Shown: positions 55,847-64,000 of the stretch, in pieces | Layout of the letters: each line of letters opens with the position of its first letter | Position numbering within the stretch: the stretch's first letter is position 1 | IMG/VR virus record: IMGVR_UViG_3300027759_000056 | Coordinates: 32,001-96,000 of that record | DNA from: a virus | Length of the DNA: 64,000 bases | Direction: 5' to 3' (one strand) | Notes under the pieces: generated by a model | Databases searched by the model: none | Told to the model about the DNA's origin: nothing | The model's input: the letters and a program-made list of their open reading frames with translations, nothing else | Translations under genes and position numbers: made by a program

Positions 55847-56084
55847 ATTTACTAAAAACTATTCTTAATGATTTAGAAATTGCTTCAGATTCTTGCAAAT
55901 CAAACAACCCTTTAACAAAAGCATAATTTAATGACTCCTTAATACAATATATTGCTTGGTCTTCAGTCATACTATCTAAGAAGAGATTTAACTGTTCTTG
56001 TGAAGTATAATGTAATGATTCAAAAAGAACTCCAATAACTTCTTTTTTTTCGGTTATTTTTTCGTTATTGTCAGTATTTTCCAT
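55845..56084 (-). CDS. small hypothetical protein
   Basis: Intact ORF. Confidence 0.55.
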   Translation of the reverse strand: MENTDNNEKITEKKEVIGVLFESLHYTSQEQLNLFLDSMTEDQAIYCIKESLNYAFVKGLFDLQESEAISKSLRIVFSK

Positions 56085-56152
56085 ATTTTTTTATATTTAT
56101 CTGTGGTTATTTTTTATAATCAAATAATAAGAAAATTTTACGTAAAAAACAA

Positions 56153-56734
56153 ATGAAAAACCCAAACAAATCAAACAATGTTAATCTTGTATTGAAAGAA
56201 GATTTAGCTGTTTGGTTTGGAACAAAAAAGAAACCAAAAGGTAGTAAACAACCAAAAGGTCCATGGGTTAATATTTGTCGTAAAGATGAGAATGGTAAAC
56301 ATCCATCATGTGGAAGACCTGACACATCTAAAGGCGGATATCCAAAATGTAGAGCCGCTGGAGTTGCGGGTAAAATGTCTGATTCTCAAAAAAGAGCAGC
56401 TTGTTCACAAAAAAGAACCGCTGAAAAAAAAGATACTCAAACAGGAAAAGGTCAAAAACCTGTAATGACATCGTATAAACCAAAAAAATCTAAAAATGAA
56501 GGTATGAGACAAACAATTAAGTCCATCCTCCAAGAACAAGTTAGAAAAAGTAACATGCTAGAACTTGGAACTTTATTCGAATCAAGAGAAGTTGGAAATA
56601 TTAAAGAAGCAAAGAAAATTGCTCAACAACACTTGAACGAAAATCCAAGATATTATTGTGTCTTACATAGAATAGGACTTATTGAAGGAGCGGATGCAAG
56701 TAACTTAGCAAACAAAACTTGCCCATCAAGTTAA
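56153..56734 (+). CDS. basic Cys-containing probable internal head protein
   Basis: EDLAVWFG..GPWVNIC..HPSCGR..YPKCR; IKSILQEQ. Confidence 0.55.
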   Translation: MKNPNKSNNVNLVLKEDLAVWFGTKKKPKGSKQPKGPWVNICRKDENGKHPSCGRPDTSKGGYPKCRAAGVAGKMSDSQKRAACSQKRTAEKKDTQTGKGQKPVMTSYKPKKSKNEGMRQTIKSILQEQVRKSNMLELGTLFESREVGNIKEAKKIAQQHLNENPRYYCVLHRIGLIEGADASNLANKTCPSS

Positions 56735-57133
56735 AGTATGTAAAATATTTTTTAATGAGTGTTTGATGTTTGAAGTAATTTCTTCTTCCATCTTTAATCT
56801 TTGATTTTCTAAAACCTCATTAAAATAGTTAAGAATTTCTTCTTTAGATTTGTCTTGAATTGATACCGTATAAGAATATTTGTGATTAATCACATTTACC
56901 GTATTACCCTCAATAGTAATAAAAATAGAATTTTCAGGGTTATGAATGTATTTTTTGTTTGACAATGGTGTCATCAATAATTGAGTTTCAGGTTTATCAA
57001 TGAGTTTTTTACAAATTGAAATACAATCCATTTCGTATTTTGTTCGTTGACCTCTTTGATAGTCCATCTTTCTCGCAGAATCAATATACATTCTTTGAAT
57101 CCATCTTCTAAATGCGTGTTTATACTCTTTCAT
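56726..57133 (-). CDS. hypothetical protein
   Basis: Intact ORF; TATATTTG promoter upstream. Confidence 0.6.
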   Translation of the reverse strand: MKEYKHAFRRWIQRMYIDSARKMDYQRGQRTKYEMDCISICKKLIDKPETQLLMTPLSNKKYIHNPENSIFITIEGNTVNVINHKYSYTVSIQDKSKEEILNYFNEVLENQRLKMEEEITSNIKHSLKNILHTLT

Positions 57134-57170
57134 AGTGTTTAGGATACAAATATACTAATGTTTTTTGATA

Positions 57171-57647
57171 TTAACAATAGGAACCTGAACAATGTTTCTT
57201 ACCGTCTAAACCTTTGATTTTACCTTTACATACCTGAACCGCATATCCGTTAGCATATGCTGATGGATAAACATCAAACTTTGATTTAGCCGCTGATTTA
57301 CCACGAGCACAAAGTTTAGTACCTGTTTTTTTCTTACCTTCTTGCATTTGCATTTCGTCCCCCATTGAATCATCGGTAATGTGGTCTGTATTAATTTGAT
57401 TCATCATAAAATCAAACACTTGGTCAATGTTTTCTTTCGCTACGGCTACGTGGTCTTGAGCCCAATCGTGACCTTGTTCTAAAATACTAACTACAGCGTC
57501 CTCACCCAATTCAAGTAGGATTGCGGTTTGTCTGTGTAATTGTTCTAAATTACTGAAGAACATGTATCTTTCATTTTCTTGTTCAGCTAAAACCTTTTTA
57601 ACTAAGGCGTTAATATCTGATTCTTTAAGTCTAACTATTTTTTTCAT
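57171..57647 (-). CDS. probable head protein with basic C-terminal module
   Basis: MKKIVRLKESDINALVKKVLAEQ; LCARGKSAAKSKFDVYPSAYANGYAVQVC. Confidence 0.6.
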   Translation of the reverse strand: MKKIVRLKESDINALVKKVLAEQENERYMFFSNLEQLHRQTAILLELGEDAVVSILEQGHDWAQDHVAVAKENIDQVFDFMMNQINTDHITDDSMGDEMQMQEGKKKTGTKLCARGKSAAKSKFDVYPSAYANGYAVQVCKGKIKGLDGKKHCSGSYC

Positions 57648-59128
57648 TTTTTGTTTACAATTTGGAACATTAATTCTCTTTGATAAGTATCTCTTTCTCC
57701 GCTAGTATTCACACGGATATCTACATAATATTGATTTGGAATTTTATCTCTTGTGTCAAACATGAAATAATATTCATTTGGTGTTCTGTTTATTGGAGTC
57801 CAATCTTGAACTTGAACTTCGGTATTACCTTCTCTCACATAAACACGATAGAACGCTTCAATATCGTTCAACACTACTTGACTTGTATATGCTTGTTTGA
57901 TGGTCACCATGACCTTCCTAATGTCTGTATTAAGTATTTTTTCGTTTTGTTTAATACCACTAAAATCAAATCCGTATAGTATTGGGTCTTTTGATTGATA
58001 ACCAATTTGATACACAGATGATTGACTTAATAATACAAACTCATTTTCCACATTACTTAATGTTACACCATTTTTTACCAAATCAGACCATTGGTCAGTA
58101 AATTGACATGGAGTTGAGTATCCCGTAATTGGTGGAATTGTAACTTCATAAACTCCCTTTGTCTTCAAACATGTTGTAAGTGCTGACATACCAGGTACAA
58201 TTTCGCCATTTGAGTCTAAAATCGCGACTGTTGGGTCATTATCTAAGTTCATAAAGTCACCACTTGAATATACGTATAGATATAAGTGATTTGTTCTGCC
58301 AGCAGGGAATTGGTTTCTATCATCTTTGATAATATCATCATAAGTTGTTTGAAGATACGGTTCATAGAATGTTTGAGTGTGTTTTGTAAAGAACCCGACT
58401 GAATATGTTTCAGTCAGTCCTGTAATATTTTCAATTTCAGGTACGTAGGCAATACCCCATCCAGTCACACCTGTAATTGTTCCTTGTAAAACACCATTAA
58501 TTTCGTTTGACATATCAAATGAAATATCTTCATTACCCAATTCAAAATGTTGTCTGTCAACGATAGTAAGGGCTGAGTAGTTAAGACCCGAATAATTACC
58601 AACAATTGTGTTTGTATTGTTATATAAACCAGGGTAAGACCAATTGTTTAATGTTGTTCCCTGAAACCAATTTGATGGTCGAGTACTAAATGCTTGGTTA
58701 TTTGAATATTCGGCAACTGCTGGTTGATAAACATAATCAAAACCAACACCTTCATCCCATTCTTGAGCAATACCCGTAGAACCTGAATATTCAGGTATTC
58801 TAAATAAAATTAAATCAAATGATGTTGCTCTTCTTGAACCTTCAGATGTTGTACCATTTAATAATTCAATATCAAATGATGCGGTGTTTATCATATTAAG
58901 AACGTGAGTCATTCCTGATGTACATCCTGTTGAAATAATACCTGAGGCGATTTGTTCTTCTAAATAAGTTAAATCCAAATCAAATATAAATCTTGTAAAT
59001 CCTCTTGGGGCGTAAGTTGCTAAATCACCACCAAAATATAATTGGGTTACAGGGTTTCTACCAGTGTTGGTATAACTGTTGTATTCAAGTGTGTTGTTCT
59101 TGCTAAAATATGACTTTAATATAGACAT
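57644..59128 (-). CDS. probable virion structural protein (beta-rich)
   Basis: Beta-rich composition, FFTKHTQTFYEPYL motif, TATTTAT upstream. Confidence 0.55.
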   Translation of the reverse strand: MSILKSYFSKNNTLEYNSYTNTGRNPVTQLYFGGDLATYAPRGFTRFIFDLDLTYLEEQIASGIISTGCTSGMTHVLNMINTASFDIELLNGTTSEGSRRATSFDLILFRIPEYSGSTGIAQEWDEGVGFDYVYQPAVAEYSNNQAFSTRPSNWFQGTTLNNWSYPGLYNNTNTIVGNYSGLNYSALTIVDRQHFELGNEDISFDMSNEINGVLQGTITGVTGWGIAYVPEIENITGLTETYSVGFFTKHTQTFYEPYLQTTYDDIIKDDRNQFPAGRTNHLYLYVYSSGDFMNLDNDPTVAILDSNGEIVPGMSALTTCLKTKGVYEVTIPPITGYSTPCQFTDQWSDLVKNGVTLSNVENEFVLLSQSSVYQIGYQSKDPILYGFDFSGIKQNEKILNTDIRKVMVTIKQAYTSQVVLNDIEAFYRVYVREGNTEVQVQDWTPINRTPNEYYFMFDTRDKIPNQYYVDIRVNTSGERDTYQRELMFQIVNKK

Positions 59129-59149
59129 TGATACTTTAGTATATAAATA

Positions 59150-60637
59150 TCAATTAACTCTAATATGTGGATTCAAAATTGTATTTTGAGCATTTTGGAG
59201 TTGAGAAAGTATATTATTTGCCGATGTACCATCAGTTCCAACAGGTACTGCAGGTGCTCCTGGTATTGCGTGAACGTGAGATAATAAGAATTGTACGATA
59301 ACATTTAGTAATTGAATTAACTCCTCACCACGTACCATAGACGAAGTACTTGGTAATATTTTTTCAGTTAAATCATTTTGACTAATACCGTATAAAGTAC
59401 CTTCCAAATTAACTGGTTTGTTTGATAAATAAGATAATAAAAATAAAGTATCGGCACCCATACCCCCAAATGTTCCGTATGTTGATTCAATATCTTTTGG
59501 GATATAATCTTGAATATCTACTTTGTATGGTTTACCCACTTGATTTTTTTCTCTAACAATAGCAAATCTATAACTTTCAATCCCCAAACCTGAATTTAAT
59601 GTAACATTACTTGCAAATTTGGTAACATTTGAAAACACAATTGGATTAATTGTCAAATCTGTTGATGTTAATATTTTTCGATTTGGTGTTGATGGACGAT
59701 ATGCGAATGGAAATTGGTTTTCAACTTTTGGACCATTATGAATTTGACCTTCATTTACACCTTTGATAAAGTCATTAATTAATTTTACGGTCCTTTCAAA
59801 TGAATAACCAATAAACGGTTGATAATATTCTAAAAATTTAACATCTTCTAAATCAGAATCAAAATTAATATTATCACTCAATGTTTTATTAACTGGTTTC
59901 AAACTATACAATCTAATTGCACCAGTAAAAGCATTTTGTTCATTTTCTAAATTTTGAATATCCCATTCAACAAGTTTTAATACTTGTTGGTTAACACTAT
60001 TAATACCCAAAAATGTCTTTTTTGGTTTTGTTACAGTTTTTGTGGTAAAGTTTGAAAGTTGTAAAAAGGCTCTATTTGGATTTCCAACAGGTTGTTGATT
60101 TGCTTCCAACCTTTTTGTTTTACCAGCACGTAACATAATTGTGTCGGGTTTAACAATCATATCAGCAGCACCCCTACCCATGATAGCGTTATCACCTGGT
60201 TCAGGGAAAATACCGTCAGTAGAACCTGAAAAATAAGTACCATTAAGGTTTTTTAATTTTAATGTTTTGGCAACTCTATCACCTTGTGCTGTAAATGCGT
60301 TTGCTTGTTGTATTTGTTCATATGGTAAACTCATTGGAGATGAGAATCCACCCTGAACATAATATTGGTCTTGGTATGGATAAAAACTATTTTGATAAAT
60401 AATATTAACTCTTTCATGGAGTAATGGTACCTGAGCAAAGAACATTGGTAACAATGGTGTTTGTACAAATGGGTCTTTTGGTCCCCACTTATCTTTTGTT
60501 GGGTCAAATTCAAAGGCTTCTAACGCAGCTCTAATTGTTTGGTCAACAGGATACGCACGAATTCTCCCCAAAACCCAAGGGTCTTGGTTATCAACTACTT
60601 CAGCTGGGAATAATATCCTTTTATAACTTTTGTCCAT
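59150..60637 (-). CDS. baseplate hub/spike protein (T4 gp5/VgrG-like N-terminal OB fold)
   Basis: VVDNQDPWVLGRIRA N-terminus; C-terminal VRGEEL...HVH. Confidence 0.65.
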   Translation of the reverse strand: MDKSYKRILFPAEVVDNQDPWVLGRIRAYPVDQTIRAALEAFEFDPTKDKWGPKDPFVQTPLLPMFFAQVPLLHERVNIIYQNSFYPYQDQYYVQGGFSSPMSLPYEQIQQANAFTAQGDRVAKTLKLKNLNGTYFSGSTDGIFPEPGDNAIMGRGAADMIVKPDTIMLRAGKTKRLEANQQPVGNPNRAFLQLSNFTTKTVTKPKKTFLGINSVNQQVLKLVEWDIQNLENEQNAFTGAIRLYSLKPVNKTLSDNINFDSDLEDVKFLEYYQPFIGYSFERTVKLINDFIKGVNEGQIHNGPKVENQFPFAYRPSTPNRKILTSTDLTINPIVFSNVTKFASNVTLNSGLGIESYRFAIVREKNQVGKPYKVDIQDYIPKDIESTYGTFGGMGADTLFLLSYLSNKPVNLEGTLYGISQNDLTEKILPSTSSMVRGEELIQLLNVIVQFLLSHVHAIPGAPAVPVGTDGTSANNILSQLQNAQNTILNPHIRVN

Positions 60638-60848
60638 GTAATCTTGTTTCGTGTTCTTTTAATAACTTATTATAAAGCTCTTCAATATTATCTAAATGTT
60701 TTGTAAGGCTAAGAATCATTTCTTTGGTTTCTTCAAAGTCTTCACTTAAAAAATCCATGACTTTTGTTAAATCAGTATTGCTTTTATTTTTGATATCGGC
60801 AATAATCTCATTAAATTCTTCAATTGATATTTTGTTTGATGTAATCAT
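60621..60848 (-). CDS. small coiled-coil protein
   Basis: Overlaps both neighbours in the operon. Confidence 0.55.
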   Translation of the reverse strand: MITSNKISIEEFNEIIADIKNKSNTDLTKVMDFLSEDFEETKEMILSLTKHLDNIEELYNKLLKEHETRLHGQKL

Positions 60849-62794
60849 AATGGTATTCCTGTAAACGGTACTGGTATTGTAATACCTATTGGTAAAACAA
60901 TTTGTTGTGGTGTCATACCAGCAATTTTTGAATTTTTATCCCTTTCGGATTCAACACCTGTTATTGCGGCTTGTTGAGCAATCATAAATTGATTTGGACT
61001 TCCATCTGGCATTGGACCTGTTGGTATCCCCAAAGCTTGGAAATTTTGTATTACCTGTAAAGACGCTCGTACTGAATTAAATCCTGAACGTAATGATGCT
61101 AATGGTAGTAAAAATGGTGGTATTTGTATACTAGTTCCTCGTAAGGCAAATTCAATAATGTTTAATATATCACCAATAACACTTTTACATTTTCTATAAT
61201 CATCAACTAATTGAGTTATTAAAATTGTTAATTCAATTAATTGTGTAATTATAGCGTATTTTTTAGTTACCGCACTTTTTTGTAAATCTTTTGTTACTAC
61301 TTGTAAAAGTTTTCTAACATCTCTTACAATAATATTTCTTAATATTTTGACAAACTCAGCACCAATTTTGGACATAATCTGAATGTTCATTTTCTTAAAG
61401 ACATTTATGAATGTTTTTAAGTTATAAACTTGATTTACCGCTGAAGTTGTTGTACTTACCAACGCACTTTCTAACGCTTTAAACATTACCATAAATGGTA
61501 GTAAAACTTTTGGTGACAAAACGGCAGTATATAGGGCTTTTGGTAATGATTTTACAATTTCATTATCAATTTTAATTCCTATTGAATCAATTTGGGGCCA
61601 ACCAGTATTACCTTTAACAGAATTTACTGTTTGGTTTAATAATGCTATTGTTTTGGCTGAATCATTTTCATCAAAATCTAATATTTGTAATAAATTATTA
61701 AAAATTGCTTGGGTATCAACAGGTAATTTAACATTTGTACAATCTTGATATTCAATTACACCTCTTTGTATGTTAGATAATTTTGATTCAATTTCTCTTA
61801 AATCAATATCCGTTAACTCAAAGAAACTTTCATCGACACCATCTAAAGGAGCCACTTTGGCATTTCCACTTACATCTATTTCACTTCTATCATCAAAACA
61901 CAATCCTAAAATTCTTGTTAAAATTTTTTGAAAATATTCACCATCTTCAACTTGGCCAACACCCATCTTTAAGTCAATTGAAACGGCTCCAAATAAATTT
62001 TGAAATAATTGTAGGAAAATATTTTTGGTGTTAACTATTTCAATTGAGTTAAAATAGTCAGTCATAAACTGACTAATTAAATTTAAGTTATCGGCTCTAT
62101 TTTTTAAATCAACTTTGAAAAAGTTACCATTATTTCCATTTCCATCTTTTGTTACATACACAATATCAAATAATGATTGATTAGATGACCCTAAATAATC
62201 TTGACCATAACTATCACTGTATGAAACATTTTCATTTTGAACTCGTTCATAAAGTTCTTTATTCATTGAAAACGGAGCGTCTTGAATTGTGATTTTTGGT
62301 GATTCGTAAGTCAATTTTCCTACAGTAGTATCCGGTGATAACTTTAATGTACCAAATAAATCAACACTCTCAACCGGAATATAAAATGATAAAGAATTAT
62401 ATGTTTGTTCTTGAGAACAACCTAATTGATTCATCATTTCATCAACAATAATTTGAGGTATTCTTGATTTAATTCGATTTAATGATTCAGTAAATTGATT
62501 TTTAATTAAACTTGCAGTTGAACTAACTGTCTGTCCTGACACACGGTTATTTGGTAATAACGTATTTAAGTCAAGTAATTTATCTAATTGTGATGTTACT
62601 TGTCTTTGAAATCTTTTTTGTTGTTCTTGTAATTGTGATAATTGTGAGGCAGTATTTGTTGTGTCTTGTTCAAAAGACGATTGTTGTTGTGAAAGAAGTT
62701 GTTGTGTACCTTGGGTTACTTGATTGTAAGTATCAAGGGACTTAATTCGTTCACTAGTTTTTGCATATTCCTCATTTAGGTCAAGTCCTGGCAT
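60845..62794 (-). CDS. large hypothetical, probably structural protein
   Basis: 649-aa ORF in the late operon. Confidence 0.55.
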   Translation of the reverse strand: MPGLDLNEEYAKTSERIKSLDTYNQVTQGTQQLLSQQQSSFEQDTTNTASQLSQLQEQQKRFQRQVTSQLDKLLDLNTLLPNNRVSGQTVSSTASLIKNQFTESLNRIKSRIPQIIVDEMMNQLGCSQEQTYNSLSFYIPVESVDLFGTLKLSPDTTVGKLTYESPKITIQDAPFSMNKELYERVQNENVSYSDSYGQDYLGSSNQSLFDIVYVTKDGNGNNGNFFKVDLKNRADNLNLISQFMTDYFNSIEIVNTKNIFLQLFQNLFGAVSIDLKMGVGQVEDGEYFQKILTRILGLCFDDRSEIDVSGNAKVAPLDGVDESFFELTDIDLREIESKLSNIQRGVIEYQDCTNVKLPVDTQAIFNNLLQILDFDENDSAKTIALLNQTVNSVKGNTGWPQIDSIGIKIDNEIVKSLPKALYTAVLSPKVLLPFMVMFKALESALVSTTTSAVNQVYNLKTFINVFKKMNIQIMSKIGAEFVKILRNIIVRDVRKLLQVVTKDLQKSAVTKKYAIITQLIELTILITQLVDDYRKCKSVIGDILNIIEFALRGTSIQIPPFLLPLASLRSGFNSVRASLQVIQNFQALGIPTGPMPDGSPNQFMIAQQAAITGVESERDKNSKIAGMTPQQIVLPIGITIPVPFTGIPL

Positions 62795-62800
62795 TTACAA

Positions 62801-63172
62801 TTATTTAAGTTTGTATGGCTTATCCGCCATACTTTCAATATCTTTATGTATTAAAGATTGTAACATATCATCATCAATATCGCTTAATGACATATTATCG
62901 TCTTCTTTGTTATTTGATTTTTCCCAAATTGTAGATTGTAATTTGGCAAGTGTTAATTTTTTCTCAACAACATCATTAATAATTTTTTGTTGTTTTTCCA
63001 ATACAGGACCAATAACAGTCATGTCTTCAGGGTCTTTTAACAAAGCCAACATTTTATTTTGAACTCTAATCGCTGTTGACCTTTGTTCCACTAATTCATT
63101 ATATATCTCTTGTAATAGAGATAATACAGAATCTTTACTAAGATTTATTTCTTTTTTCTTTGGTCTAGACAT
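62801..63172 (-). CDS. hypothetical coiled-coil protein
   Basis: Intact ORF; TATTTAT upstream. Confidence 0.55.
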   Translation of the reverse strand: MSRPKKKEINLSKDSVLSLLQEIYNELVEQRSTAIRVQNKMLALLKDPEDMTVIGPVLEKQQKIINDVVEKKLTLAKLQSTIWEKSNNKEDDNMSLSDIDDDMLQSLIHKDIESMADKPYKLK

Positions 63173-63197
63173 ACTGATAAATATTATTTTTTATGTT

Positions 63198-63938
63198 TTA
63201 TTCAATTATGCCATTAAGAACCACATAATATAACTTCTTAAATCTTTTCATTGCTGTTCTAATTTCTTTGGTTGAAAGGTTTGTCATTTCCCTTATCGAT
63301 AATAAAATAATGTTTTTATTAAACTTGTTATTATCACTACCTAAGAAAATAGTTTTGTAATTTTCAAATAACTCTAACAATGCAATTCCTAATTTTGTTT
63401 CATTGTCGGTTAGTTGTTCATTTTCCAAATATCTTTTTAATTCATCTAAAAATCCTTGAATTACATCATCAGCTTCTGTTTTTTCAAATTCCATATAATA
63501 AACCATGTCCGGTCTATTTTCTAAATTTGAAGAAATATCTTCATACGAAACTTTTCTGTTTGTATCTTTTTGGTCTTTAATAATTTGACCCATTAAATAA
63601 TTCTTACAAATTGTACCAAAATAAGAATACGCTTTTTTGTTTTTTGACGGTTTGAATTTATCAACTTTAGTCATTAAAAACGAATGAGTATCTGTGTGAA
63701 TATCGATAAAATTCATATCTTTACGATATAATTTATACCTTCTAATGATTGACGAAATCATCTTATCCAACGGACCTCTTAAAAATTCATTGTAGATTTG
63801 ATTCTTTTCTTCAAAAGTTTCTGCCGTGAGATACATTCTCACGGCATTCTCTTCTACAACATCAAAATAGTTTGTGTTCGTTGCTTTCCTACCTCTTTTT
63901 TTGGAAGTAGTTGTTGTCGTTGTTTCTGATGAAAACAT
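63198..63938 (-). CDS. phage late sigma factor (T4 gp55-like)
   Basis: KFKPSKNKKAYSYFGTICKNYL resembles sigma region 2 of gp55 (NPFAYFTQI). Confidence 0.65.
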   Translation of the reverse strand: MFSSETTTTTTSKKRGRKATNTNYFDVVEENAVRMYLTAETFEEKNQIYNEFLRGPLDKMISSIIRRYKLYRKDMNFIDIHTDTHSFLMTKVDKFKPSKNKKAYSYFGTICKNYLMGQIIKDQKDTNRKVSYEDISSNLENRPDMVYYMEFEKTEADDVIQGFLDELKRYLENEQLTDNETKLGIALLELFENYKTIFLGSDNNKFNKNIILLSIREMTNLSTKEIRTAMKRFKKLYYVVLNGIIE

Positions 63939-64000
63939 TAAACACTTTGGGCGTCATATTTTATATTTCTGTCATCAACAAAGAAGTATTCTTTTTTTGC

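Noticed and set aside
1-64000. Stop-codon reassignment as in some jumbo phages
   Set aside because: Core genes are full length in code 11 and no suppressor (CTA/TCA/TTA anticodon) tRNA was seen.

Overview
AT-rich 64 kb segment of a large (jumbo-type) myovirus-like phage, read in the standard genetic code. The host is very probably Bacteroidota: TAnnTTTG promoters recur, bS21 is present, and a lipoprotein carries D-S/T glycosylation sequons. The right third is a T4-like head module (large terminase, portal, antisense bS21, prohead protease, scaffold, major capsid protein), followed by baseplate-like genes and a gp55-like late sigma factor. The left two thirds hold accessory genes (LpxH-like phosphoesterase, nucleases, thioesterase, ClpP, Clp ATPase, UVR protein, aminotransferase, M23 and M20/M28 peptidases, holin-like protein), many probable head-packaged proteins, 30 tRNA genes, a tmRNA and several unexplained structured RNAs. 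The main finding is that each of the two large tRNA arrays is preceded by an unannotated short leader ORF whose 3' end can pair with the 5' arm of a downstream intrinsic terminator, as in a ribosome-sensing attenuator. The amino-acid content of each leader matches the tRNA set of its own array. Leader 1 contains all 13 amino acids of array 1 plus only Met and Gly. Leader 2 contains all 8 amino acids of array 2, including the five missing from leader 1. This suggests a 'codon-inventory' sensor that switches on phage tRNA arrays when host tRNAs are depleted. All calls were made by eye without database searches.
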